Positions 17,986 through 26,553 of a DNA stretch of 64,000 nucleotides are shown piece after piece; the stretch's first letter is position 1; each line of letters begins with the position of its first letter. Under the pieces are notes generated by a model. That model was given only the letters and a program-made list of their open reading frames with translations, had not been told where the DNA came from and did not search any database. A program made the position numbers and the translations under genes. Source of the stretch: a virus. Where the stretch lies: the IMG/VR virus record IMGVR_UViG_3300021960_000062, positions 2,939-66,938 of that record. One strand, given 5' to 3'.

Positions 17986-20180
17986 TGATTTGGTCCTTCT
18001 TCTAGACTAGGTGATTTTGGTATAATAGCAACTCCATCAACCTCGCCTTGTTTAAAGTCAGCACCCAAAATTGGATTTAAATTTTGTGCTGTACCACTAG
18101 ATTGTTGATCAACTAAAGTAGCATCTGCTTTTATATCAGGGTCAATTGAAAAGTCTTTTCTTAGCTCTAGTTTCTGTTTAAACACTCCGCCAGTAAATTC
18201 ATTGGTTACGATCATTAATCTGTAAATTCCGCTAAAAGGATGATCTTTTAAACCATCGAAGTTTGTAATTGGTAAGCTAGAACCTGTGAACGGATAATCA
18301 TTAATAGTTCTAAATCTTACATAAATTCTTGTTTCTTCGCCTTTCCATCTCATTTCGTCTTTGGCTTCAGTAAGCTGATTACTCAAACCTGCCATCGGCA
18401 AATAATATGTGTCACCAAGTATTGCTAAATTTAATGTTAGCTGTACTTTTGCTTCATGTGTATTATCATTTGTATGTCCTGTAACATTAGAATGTACCCA
18501 TCGAGCAACTTCAATTTCTGTAGTTGTTGTTCCTAGTCCACCTGCTATCTTTGGTGTACCTGTCTTATCTAACCCAACGGTGATATTTCCAATTGCCATT
18601 TCTGACAACACCGAAAGATTCGCATCTTCTCCTGTATTTTGTGCTTCAGTTTTATTCTTTAGAATTTTTTTCAAAGACTCTTCAGCGGTTGTTGACCAAG
18701 CCTGTGGTTGTCCAGATATATAAAACATATTATTAAAAGACATATCAAAAGAAAGAATATCATCGTTTAAACCAGTGTATAGATAAGAATACACTTTTTT
18801 GATTTGTTTTTTAACTTTAGGTGTATCTTCTATTTTAACTGCTGGTTTTTTAAGTTGATCTAACCTTACCAAAAATGGTTGAAGAATGATGTTGTAAGTC
18901 ATCGGTATGCGACCATCTATCGGATCATATTTTGGGGTTTCGTTTTGTTGAACTCGATAGTCAGTAGGTCTTTCTGGGTCTCTGCTTGTTGTGGTAGTTC
19001 CCATCTGATGACTTAATTGTCCATTGATGGTCCACCACAATGTATATCCGTCTTTATCTGCTTTTTCTATACTTTCCTTGGCAAATTCTGTATGACACAT
19101 TATATCATTTAATACAGCATATAAATCTGTTTGAGAATCAGGTGATGAAGTGTATGTGAATACCGTTTGATTTGCTTCATTTGTTATAAGTCTAGCATTT
19201 GGAGCATTTGTATCTTCATCAACAGGATTAAAATATTTTTTATTTTTTTCGTACTCGTCTAGATTTGATAAAAACTTAATTTCTCCGTTCCATCTATTGA
19301 TAGATTCTTGTGAAGTGGGTTGCGTAGTGTTAGCATATCCTTGCGCTACAACAATTCTATACACGTCTGGATATTTTCTTAGTTTTTTAGAGACTCTGTC
19401 TGCTTCTCTGTCGTTTAACGTCTTTTGAAAGTTTGCTATTGTTTCTCTCAAATTTGAACCTGCAGCAAAAGTAGTAGTAACTACAAGATCTTTAACAGGA
19501 TCTGATGCAAAATGACTAGATCCAAATTCTAAAAAAGTTACAGTGTACTGACTTCCAGATTCGTTTGCTTTAAAAGTAACATTCTGAATTCTAATCGGTA
19601 TTACCCTTCCAGCATCTGGTATTTCTTTTTGTTCTCCGTCCTTGTAGCCAAAAAAATCTATTCTTAAAATAAAAGGACAATTATCATTAAAATGTTTAAA
19701 TCCGGCCGAAATAGAACTTGCCAACAAAGACTCAAAAAACAAACCTAAACTATAGGGCTCAACAACCTCAAATGATCCACCTGCTAATCCAGAATATCCA
19801 AAGTCGTTGCCTGGCATCATAATTTTAAAATTAAGATTGTCAATAAAATATTCAGGAACGCCTTTAGCAGTTATTACACGTTTTCCGATACTGTTAGAAC
19901 TGCCTTTAGTTTCTTTATTGTTCGATGTTCCTGTAAAACCAGATTCACCAAAAACAATAAAACGAGAATCCTTACCATTGGCTGTATCGTCTAGATACGA
20001 AGCATTCTTAAACGAATCTCCTGAAACAGCACCCAAGCTGATACGATAAGTTACACTTTCGTAATCTTTTAAAATATTTGGTGTAGTGTTGCCAAATCTT
20101 TTTTCGAAAAAAGCTGTGTTTTGTGATGTAGCGGCATCTTCTGTAGCAGTTACGTTATTAGAATGAGGGGTTACTGCCAT
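17982..20180 (-). CDS. Putative baseplate hub protein (gp27-like)
   Basis: Lies between the gp53-like and gp5-like genes. The C-terminus has L.ILGD.Y and FSGIYRLMIVTNEFTGGVFKQKLEL, typical of hub proteins. Confidence 0.6.
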   Translation of the reverse strand: MAVTPHSNNVTATEDAATSQNTAFFEKRFGNTTPNILKDYESVTYRISLGAVSGDSFKNASYLDDTANGKDSRFIVFGESGFTGTSNNKETKGSSNSIGKRVITAKGVPEYFIDNLNFKIMMPGNDFGYSGLAGGSFEVVEPYSLGLFFESLLASSISAGFKHFNDNCPFILRIDFFGYKDGEQKEIPDAGRVIPIRIQNVTFKANESGSQYTVTFLEFGSSHFASDPVKDLVVTTTFAAGSNLRETIANFQKTLNDREADRVSKKLRKYPDVYRIVVAQGYANTTQPTSQESINRWNGEIKFLSNLDEYEKNKKYFNPVDEDTNAPNARLITNEANQTVFTYTSSPDSQTDLYAVLNDIMCHTEFAKESIEKADKDGYTLWWTINGQLSHQMGTTTTSRDPERPTDYRVQQNETPKYDPIDGRIPMTYNIILQPFLVRLDQLKKPAVKIEDTPKVKKQIKKVYSYLYTGLNDDILSFDMSFNNMFYISGQPQAWSTTAEESLKKILKNKTEAQNTGEDANLSVLSEMAIGNITVGLDKTGTPKIAGGLGTTTTEIEVARWVHSNVTGHTNDNTHEAKVQLTLNLAILGDTYYLPMAGLSNQLTEAKDEMRWKGEETRIYVRFRTINDYPFTGSSLPITNFDGLKDHPFSGIYRLMIVTNEFTGGVFKQKLELRKDFSIDPDIKADATLVDQQSSGTAQNLNPILGADFKQGEVDGVAIIPKSPSLEEGPNQ

Positions 20181-20183
20181 ATA

Positions 20184-20483
20184 CTATACTCCCAGGGTAT
20201 TTTGAAGTGTGGATGCTGTAGGTATGTATATGATTAAGCCAGGTTCAAAGTCGAATACTGGATCTTTTAACAATGAAGGATTTCGTTGAGCAAAAATCCA
20301 CCACAGTTCAGAATTTCCATAAAGAGCATGTGCTAGTAAGTCTGGTCTATGTCTAAATTTATTTTCAATCTCATAAGGATAATCTTTATCAGTTTCAGGT
20401 ATAACTCTATACTCTAATACATCCAAGTAATTAAAATTTTGTTTTGTTTTAAACCACGGACTTGATTTTTTATATGTTGCCAT
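20184..20483 (-). CDS. gp53: Baseplate wedge protein, gp53-like (LysM-like)
   Basis: HRPDLLAHALYGNSELWWIFAQRNP...IYIP motif. Confidence 0.8.
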   Translation of the reverse strand: MATYKKSSPWFKTKQNFNYLDVLEYRVIPETDKDYPYEIENKFRHRPDLLAHALYGNSELWWIFAQRNPSLLKDPVFDFEPGLIIYIPTASTLQNTLGV

Positions 20484-21586
20484 TATAATATTCCTCTCTG
20501 ACCGCCATTAGCATAGTCATTAAGATTAAATCTTCTCAGTGTACTTCTATTGTAGACTGGGCTTACTGTTACTGCTATACTGCTTTCTAATGGTACCCAA
20601 TTGTTTGTTCCATTATAATTAATTCTTTTGTATTGAACGTTTCGTTGTAATTCTATATTGACAGTTTTAACTACAACATTTATGCCCCTCGAATCTTGAT
20701 TTCCAAACATGTAATTTCCATAACCGTGTAACTGTGCGACTACAGGAGGAAAACCATTAGGAACACTTTGTCCATAAAAACTTTTTGTGAGAGCTTGAAA
20801 AAACCTAACAGCCGCTAGCCAATAAATTCCTTCATTGTATGTTTGAACTGTAAACGTTCCGTTAATTTGTATATCATCAACGCCGCTGTTTTTATATGCT
20901 TGAAAAGGGAAGTTATTATGAACTAGGTCTAGTCTAGAATAATCTGCTTTATGTTGTACTGAAATTTGTGGAGTGTATGGAAAAACCACACCTTTATTTG
21001 TTTCTTTAAGAGGTGCTAGATATCCTGACGAAGCATTTCTAAAAACACTGTCTAGACTTCCTACACAAATTTTTACACGCCAATCATTTTTTGAACCGCC
21101 TGTTACTGCGCTTTGTTCTTCTGATCCTCCACCCTCTTTATTACCAGGGTCATTTGGATCATCAGAACCCAGTGCTTCAAAAATATTTCCTGCTACAGTT
21201 TTCGCAGAATCGCCAATTCTTTTCATCTGCTCAATAATTCCAGGCACAGACTGAATGACTCCTGCTCCTGCGTTTATTAAATTTTTTCCTACTTGAACCA
21301 GTGCTATCGCAGAACCAATTGCTCCTAGAGCTTTTTCTATACCGTTGGCTTGTGGCTTACCACTGATACCAAATCTATAACTTCCACTACCACTAGATGG
21401 ACCAGCATTGTTACTAGGACCAGCATTACCAGGAAATCCACCTGGAGATTGTCCTGTTCCAGCATAGTTGTAAATCTTCCAGGAAGTATTGGTTGGAGCT
21501 GAACCACTTATTGTAATTTTATTTCTTACTCCGGTTCCGCTCGAAGCAATTCCTGCTTTACTTTGTGTATTTGTTGGTAATGCCAT
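20483..21586 (-). CDS. Putative tail-tube initiator / baseplate tube-cap protein
   Basis: First gene of the baseplate operon. A VVFPYTPQI tube-fold-like region follows a Gly/Ser-rich N-terminus. Confidence 0.5.
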   Translation of the reverse strand: MALPTNTQSKAGIASSGTGVRNKITISGSAPTNTSWKIYNYAGTGQSPGGFPGNAGPSNNAGPSSGSGSYRFGISGKPQANGIEKALGAIGSAIALVQVGKNLINAGAGVIQSVPGIIEQMKRIGDSAKTVAGNIFEALGSDDPNDPGNKEGGGSEEQSAVTGGSKNDWRVKICVGSLDSVFRNASSGYLAPLKETNKGVVFPYTPQISVQHKADYSRLDLVHNNFPFQAYKNSGVDDIQINGTFTVQTYNEGIYWLAAVRFFQALTKSFYGQSVPNGFPPVVAQLHGYGNYMFGNQDSRGINVVVKTVNIELQRNVQYKRINYNGTNNWVPLESSIAVTVSPVYNRSTLRRFNLNDYANGGQRGIL

Positions 21587-21613
21587 TTTGGTAAAATTCC
21601 TTTAACTTTACTC

Positions 21614-21619
21614 TATTTA
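21614..21619 (-). promoter_or_regulatory. T4-type late promoter (TAAATA) for the baseplate operon
   Basis: aTAAATAg on the minus strand, followed by SD AAGGA and the ATG at 21586. Confidence 0.65.
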
Positions 21620-21667
21620 TTTCTCGAGAAATGTGCTATTATATAAGTATTACAGGAGTCCCAATAT

Positions 21668-22495
21668 ATGACACAAAGAAGAGTAAAATACCTTAACAAT
21701 AGAGATCTTTTGAAAGAAATACACAAAAGTAAGAACACATACTGCTCCTATGTTGCTAAAGAATACAGTCAATACGATATTATTCTACCAAGTTTAGAAA
21801 AAATTAACCGTTTAACCATCGCCGAAGCTAAAAGAAACCAAGCAAAGCGACTAGGAACAGCAAATTTTGAACAAGCCAAAGAAAACAACAAAAAAGTAGT
21901 AGCAAAAGAATTTGAAATCGATTATAGAAAAATTGAAAAAACAGATTTAATTTTTAGAATTATGACCTTTGAGCATGTTCCACTTGCTCCTGGTCGTAAG
22001 AAAACAGTAAAAACAGTAGCAGACGCACACGAAAGAGTTAATTTTCCTCCTTTCCAGCATTGGAAGTTTGATGAAAACGACAATCTTATCTGCGTAGGTA
22101 AAAGTCACTGGGTTGGAGGAATGCAAAACGGTTATTTCTCTAAAACTAACGGACAAGCAACTAACGAATTAGCTCGCATGTGGATGAAACTATGCGAACG
22201 CTATGCTACACGTGGTAACGTAAGAGGTTACACGTATAATGATGAGATGCGTGGGCAAGCGATACTTCAATTAGCACAAATTGGTTTACAGTTTGACGAA
22301 TCAAAATCAAATAATCCGTTTGCTTATTATACTGCCGCTGTTACTAATTCATTTGTTAGAATCATCAATATCGAAAAGCGTAATCAAAACATTCGAGATG
22401 ATATCTTAGAAATGAACGGAATGAACCCTAGTTGGTCTAGACAAAACTCTAACGAAAACTTAGGTGTCGATCCGGGCGATAATGGCAAAAAGTAA
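21668..22495 (+). CDS. gp55: Late-transcription sigma factor, T4 gp55-like
   Basis: YLNNRDLL N-terminus, GYTYNDEM and FDESKSNNPFAYYT...F.RII..EK. Upstream of gp47/gp46 as in T4-like phages. Confidence 0.85.
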   Translation: MTQRRVKYLNNRDLLKEIHKSKNTYCSYVAKEYSQYDIILPSLEKINRLTIAEAKRNQAKRLGTANFEQAKENNKKVVAKEFEIDYRKIEKTDLIFRIMTFEHVPLAPGRKKTVKTVADAHERVNFPPFQHWKFDENDNLICVGKSHWVGGMQNGYFSKTNGQATNELARMWMKLCERYATRGNVRGYTYNDEMRGQAILQLAQIGLQFDESKSNNPFAYYTAAVTNSFVRIINIEKRNQNIRDDILEMNGMNPSWSRQNSNENLGVDPGDNGKK

Positions 22496-22498
22496 CTC

Positions 22499-22527
22499 TT
22501 GACTTCTTCACTAAAAGACCTTATACT
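22499..22527 (+). promoter_or_regulatory. Host sigma70-type promoter for gp47/gp46
   Basis: TTGACT, 17-bp spacer, TATACT, then SD AGGAG before the ATG at 22547. Confidence 0.75.
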
Positions 22528-22546
22528 AGTATAGGAGAATGAAATA

Positions 22547-23560
22547 ATGGCGCTATTTAAGAAAGCGGCTTGCTTTACTGATATTCATTTCGGAATGAAA
22601 TCTGGCAGTAGGATACATAACAAAGACTGCGAAGATTTTATCGAATGGTTCATTAAAGAAGCCAAAAAAGAGAATTGTGAAACTTGTATATTTTTAGGTG
22701 ACTGGCACCATAATCGTGCGACTACTGATGTTAGCACTATGAACTACAGTGTTAGTAACTTAGAAAAACTTAACAACGCATTTGATAAAACATATCTTAT
22801 GCTTGGTAATCATGACGAGTTTTACAAAGATAAAAGAGAAATTCACAGTTTAGAATTTGCTAGACTATTTCCAAATATTGTATCTGTTAATCATCCAATA
22901 ACCGACGGAGATGTTACACTACTTCCTTGGTTAGTCGGTGAAGAATGGAAAAAAGTTAAAGATATCAAATCAAGATATATTTTTGGACACTTTGAGTTAC
23001 CATTGTTCTATATGAATGCTATGGTACAAATGCCTGATCACGGTCAACTACAAGCCAATGATTTTGTTAATCAAGAATATGTTTTCTCTGGACATTTTCA
23101 CAAGCGCCAAACCAAAGGAAATATTACATACATTGGCAATGCTTTTCCACACAACTATGCTGACGCATGGGATGATGAACGGGGCATGATGATACTCGAA
23201 TGGGGTAGTACTCCAGAGTATCGTAGTTGGTCGGATCAGCCGTTGTATAGAACATACAAACTTTCAAAACTTTTAGAAGCGCCAGACAATCTACTTAAAG
23301 AAAAGATGCACTGTCGTGTTACTATTGACGTTCCTATCAGTTTTGAAGAAGCAAACTTTATCAAAGAAACGTTCATGCCACAATATAACTTGCGTGAACT
23401 TATGCTTATTCCAGAAAAAACGGAAATTGACTCTCAAGATATTCAACCAATTGATTTAAAATTTGAAAGTGTTGATACTATTGTTGTAAATCAGATCACA
23501 AATATTGATTCCGAACAGTATGATCAAAAACTGCTATTGGAGATTTATAACGACCTATGA
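22547..23560 (+). CDS. gp47: Recombination nuclease, Mre11/SbcD-like
   Basis: Metallophosphoesterase motifs DIH, GDWHH, GNHD, GHF and GHFH. Confidence 0.93.
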   Translation: MALFKKAACFTDIHFGMKSGSRIHNKDCEDFIEWFIKEAKKENCETCIFLGDWHHNRATTDVSTMNYSVSNLEKLNNAFDKTYLMLGNHDEFYKDKREIHSLEFARLFPNIVSVNHPITDGDVTLLPWLVGEEWKKVKDIKSRYIFGHFELPLFYMNAMVQMPDHGQLQANDFVNQEYVFSGHFHKRQTKGNITYIGNAFPHNYADAWDDERGMMILEWGSTPEYRSWSDQPLYRTYKLSKLLEAPDNLLKEKMHCRVTIDVPISFEEANFIKETFMPQYNLRELMLIPEKTEIDSQDIQPIDLKFESVDTIVVNQITNIDSEQYDQKLLLEIYNDL

Positions 23561-25335
23561 TCAAAATTAAGAATCTTACAGTCCGAAACTTTATGAGTGT
23601 TGGTAATCAAACACAGGCCATTGACTTTGACAAAGGCATGTTAACACTTGTGTTAGGAGAAAACTTAGACTTAGGGGGTGACGATAGCGGTGCTAGAAAT
23701 GGTACTGGTAAGACTACGATTATTAACAGTTTAAGTTATGCTATCTACGGTGTTGCCCTTACAAATATTAAAAGAGACAATTTAATTAACAAAATTAACA
23801 GTAAAGGTATGTTAGTTACTGTTAGTTTTGAAAAGAACGGTGTTGATTATCATATTGAGCGCGGTCGTAAACCTAATATTCTTAAACTTAATGTAAACGG
23901 AGAAGAATATTCAGCAGATGATGTTGACGAAAGTCAAGGCGATAGTAGACAAACACAAAAAGAAATTGAAAAACTGTTTGGTATGAGCCATGAAATGTTT
24001 AAACATCTAGTGGCCTTAAACACATACACTGAACCTTTCTTAAGTTTGAAGTCAAACGATCAACGTGCTATCATTGAACAGTTGCTTGGTATTACAATTT
24101 TATCAGAAAAAGCAGACGCACTAAAAGAACAAATTAGAATTAGCAAAGATCTTATTCAACAAGAGAATACAAAGATCGAAACTATTAAAGTAAGCAATCA
24201 AAAAATTGAAGAATCTATTCAAAGTTTAGAAAGAAAGCAGAAGTTATGGCAGGATAATCATACTAGTGCTGTAAATGAGCTAGATCAAAGTATTACTCTA
24301 CTAGAAAAGATCGATATTGAAGCAGAAATTGACGCACACAAATGTTTAGAAAACTTCAATGAAAAGAAAAAGCGTTTAGAAGAAGCACAGCGTTGGATTG
24401 CTAATATCGAAGCAGACAATAACAAGCAAGAAAAAACTATTGCTAAACTAGACAAAGAAATTTTACTTTTAAAAGAACATAAGTGTCATGCTTGTGGACA
24501 AGAAATTCACGACACTACACAAGAAGAAATTCTAAACAGCAAACAAGAACAAAAACAAGAAGCCGCTTTACAAATTTTAACAAATAATACACAGTTTGAC
24601 GAGCATACAGCAGTTATTAACGAAATTGGAGAGCTTGAAATTTGTCCTCCTACACAATATGACAACCTAGAAGAAGCAGTTAATCATAAAAGTACACTAG
24701 CAAGTTTACATAAAGAGTTAGAAAAGAAAAAACAAGATACTAATCCTTATGAAGAACAGATTGTTGAACTTAAAGAAACAGCCCTACAAGAAATAAACTG
24801 GGATGCTGTAAACGAACTTACGAAAGTAAAAGAACATCAAGAATTCTTGTATAAACTGCTTACGAACAAAGATAGTTTTGTAAGAAAACGTATCATTGAT
24901 CAAAATTTAAGTTACCTAAATATGAGGTTAACATACTATCTAAGTAAAATTGGATTACCACACACTGTAGAATTTCAGAACGATTTAAGTGTCATTATTA
25001 CACAACTAGGACAGGACTTAGACTTTGACAATCTCAGTAGAGGTGAACGAAATAGACTCATTTTATCCATGAGTTGGGCATTCCGTGATGTTTGGGAAAG
25101 TCTATATCATAGTATTAATTTGATGTTTATCGACGAACTAGTAGACAGTGGTATGGATTCAAGTGGTGTTGAATCTAGTATTGCTGTATTAAAGAAAATG
25201 ACTAGAGAACGTGATAAAAACGTATTCCTAATTTCTCATAGAGATGATTTAGCAACTCGTGTTAATCAAGTTCTCAAAGTAATAAAGGAAAACGGATTTA
25301 CATCATATTCAAATGATGTTGAACTGGTGGAATGA
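23557..25335 (+). CDS. gp46: Recombination ATPase, Rad50/SbcC-like
   Basis: Walker A GARNGTGKT, coiled coil with CHAC zinc hook, LSRGE signature, Walker B MFIDE and ISHR H-loop. Confidence 0.95.
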   Translation: MIKIKNLTVRNFMSVGNQTQAIDFDKGMLTLVLGENLDLGGDDSGARNGTGKTTIINSLSYAIYGVALTNIKRDNLINKINSKGMLVTVSFEKNGVDYHIERGRKPNILKLNVNGEEYSADDVDESQGDSRQTQKEIEKLFGMSHEMFKHLVALNTYTEPFLSLKSNDQRAIIEQLLGITILSEKADALKEQIRISKDLIQQENTKIETIKVSNQKIEESIQSLERKQKLWQDNHTSAVNELDQSITLLEKIDIEAEIDAHKCLENFNEKKKRLEEAQRWIANIEADNNKQEKTIAKLDKEILLLKEHKCHACGQEIHDTTQEEILNSKQEQKQEAALQILTNNTQFDEHTAVINEIGELEICPPTQYDNLEEAVNHKSTLASLHKELEKKKQDTNPYEEQIVELKETALQEINWDAVNELTKVKEHQEFLYKLLTNKDSFVRKRIIDQNLSYLNMRLTYYLSKIGLPHTVEFQNDLSVIITQLGQDLDFDNLSRGERNRLILSMSWAFRDVWESLYHSINLMFIDELVDSGMDSSGVESSIAVLKKMTRERDKNVFLISHRDDLATRVNQVLKVIKENGFTSYSNDVELVE

Positions 25336-25598
25336 GTACAGAATCGCATGACAAACTTATAAGAGCATTTCAGGAATACTTTAAATGGCAAGATAAGTTT
25401 GAGTATAGTGGATCAGATGCCGCAGGCATCAAAGCACGTTATTGGCTAAGTGAAATTAGAAACTTTGCTAGCCTTAGACGAAACGAAGTACAGGCAAAAA
25501 GGCAAGATCGTAAGGCAGCCAGAAAAGGCGTAATAGGTAGACCCAAGAAAGTAAGTAATGCTGATGACGACGAATCCGGCATGGACTTACCAGAATAA
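25332..25598 (+). CDS. Small basic protein, histone H1-like (Hc1-type) putative DNA-binding protein
   Basis: FEYSGSDAAGIKARYWLSEI...RRNEVQ resembles the G.KAAG.RAR..L.EI pattern, with a basic tail. It overlaps the gp46 stop (ATGA). Confidence 0.5.
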   Translation: MSTESHDKLIRAFQEYFKWQDKFEYSGSDAAGIKARYWLSEIRNFASLRRNEVQAKRQDRKAARKGVIGRPKKVSNADDDESGMDLPE

Positions 25599-26019
25599 AC
25601 CACTAGATAGTATTCCTGAGGAATACGAAGGGTTTGTCTACCTCATCACAAACACACAGACTGGGCAAAAATACATAGGCAAAAAACTAGCCAAATTCAA
25701 AACTACCAAACCGCCACTCAAAGGCAGAAAAAACAAACGCAGAGGCACCAAAGAAAGCGATTGGAAGGACTATTGGGGTTCATCAGATCGTTTACAAGCA
25801 GATGTCGAAGCACTAGGCCCAGCAAACTTCACCCGAGAAATATTATATCTTTGTACTAACAGGGCAGAGATGTCCTACATAGAGGCAAGAGAGCAATTTG
25901 ACCGCCGTGTATTGGAAAGAGACGACTATTATAACGGAATTATTAATGTGAGAGTAGGCGGATCAGATAAATTGCGCAAGGCACTATTAGAACAACAGGC
26001 AAAGAACACTACCAAATAA
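25558..26019 (+). CDS. Free-standing compact GIY-YIG family endonuclease (Seg-like)
   Basis: GFVYLITN...KYIGKK, YWGSS, F.REIL, E..EQ and YYN motifs. No C-terminal DNA-binding repeats. An alternative start is possible at 25564. Confidence 0.8.
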   Translation: MLMTTNPAWTYQNKPLDSIPEEYEGFVYLITNTQTGQKYIGKKLAKFKTTKPPLKGRKNKRRGTKESDWKDYWGSSDRLQADVEALGPANFTREILYLCTNRAEMSYIEAREQFDRRVLERDDYYNGIINVRVGGSDKLRKALLEQQAKNTTK

Positions 26020-26023
26020 GCCC

Positions 26024-26440
26024 GCACCGGCGTAGTTATGGTGCCCGAAATCCGTTCTGATGTGTGACGGTAAGGAATGTTGATTGGTAGCAACGATTTC
26101 AGCAACTATCCTTTACAGGACGATGATCGGATATGCCTTCATAAAACCGGTTTTGCTGTCAGAACAAGATTAAAAAAGGCTAAAAGAGCGGGTAACTCCC
26201 GCAGGTTTATAGTATAAGTTAGCGTTTGTATTATAAACTGCCGTTGTACATGAGATACTAAGACGGATTGAGTAGGTATAGGATAACCGCCTACGCTATG
26301 CATTATAAAGTAAGCATTGTAGATCTAACGCTATTGTGACTGTGCGAACTCAGATGATGTTCAAAATTCATACTTTGGCCCGGCAACGGGCTAATTGTGA
26401 CCATACAATCTAGATGATGCTAAAATTGCTTCGCAATTAA
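26024..26440 (+). ncRNA. Putative large structured non-coding RNA (unassigned family)
   Basis: ORF-free stretch with many stems: GTTCTGATG 26054-62 / TGTCAGAAC 26157-65, GCGGG-taact-CCCGC, a 15-bp stem at 26205-26238 with four G-U pairs, GTAGG/CCTAC and GCCCG-GCAA-CGGGC. Confidence 0.6.
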
Positions 26441-26516
26441 TAATAAACATAAATATCAATAATAAGAAAATGTCTTTGAGCGATAGCGATAAAGACAAGT
26501 GAGCGTTAGCTCACTT
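26424..26516. other. Cluster of hairpins with GCG(N)NAGC mini-loops flanking an AT-rich tract (possible origin or primase signal, or RNA 3' end)
   Basis: AATTGCTTCGCAATT (GCGAAGC on the minus strand), TGTCTTT..GCGATAGC..AAAGACA and AAGTGAGC-GTTA-GCTCACTT. Confidence 0.45.
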
Positions 26517-26524
26517 AATAGCGT

Positions 26525-26532
26525 TATAAATA
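26525..26532 (+). promoter_or_regulatory. T4-type late promoter TATAAATA
   Basis: Exact consensus 21 nt upstream of the ATG at 26554. Confidence 0.75.
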
Positions 26533-26553
26533 TAGGAACTTAGAGATAGTAAT

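Noticed and set aside
26044-26070. Hammerhead ribozyme (GAAA ... CTGATG)
   Set aside because: The core is CTGATGT rather than CTGANGA, and the spacing leaves no room for the required stems.
26330-26427. CRISPR array or bona fide TIGR array
   Set aside because: Only two imperfect units are present and there is no cas or Nop-domain gene in the window. Kept only as a repeated module.
25332-26553. Group I or group II intron containing the GIY-YIG ORF
   Set aside because: No interrupted host gene is evident, the flanking ORFs look complete with their own signals, and I could not find P7 or domain V consensus sequences.
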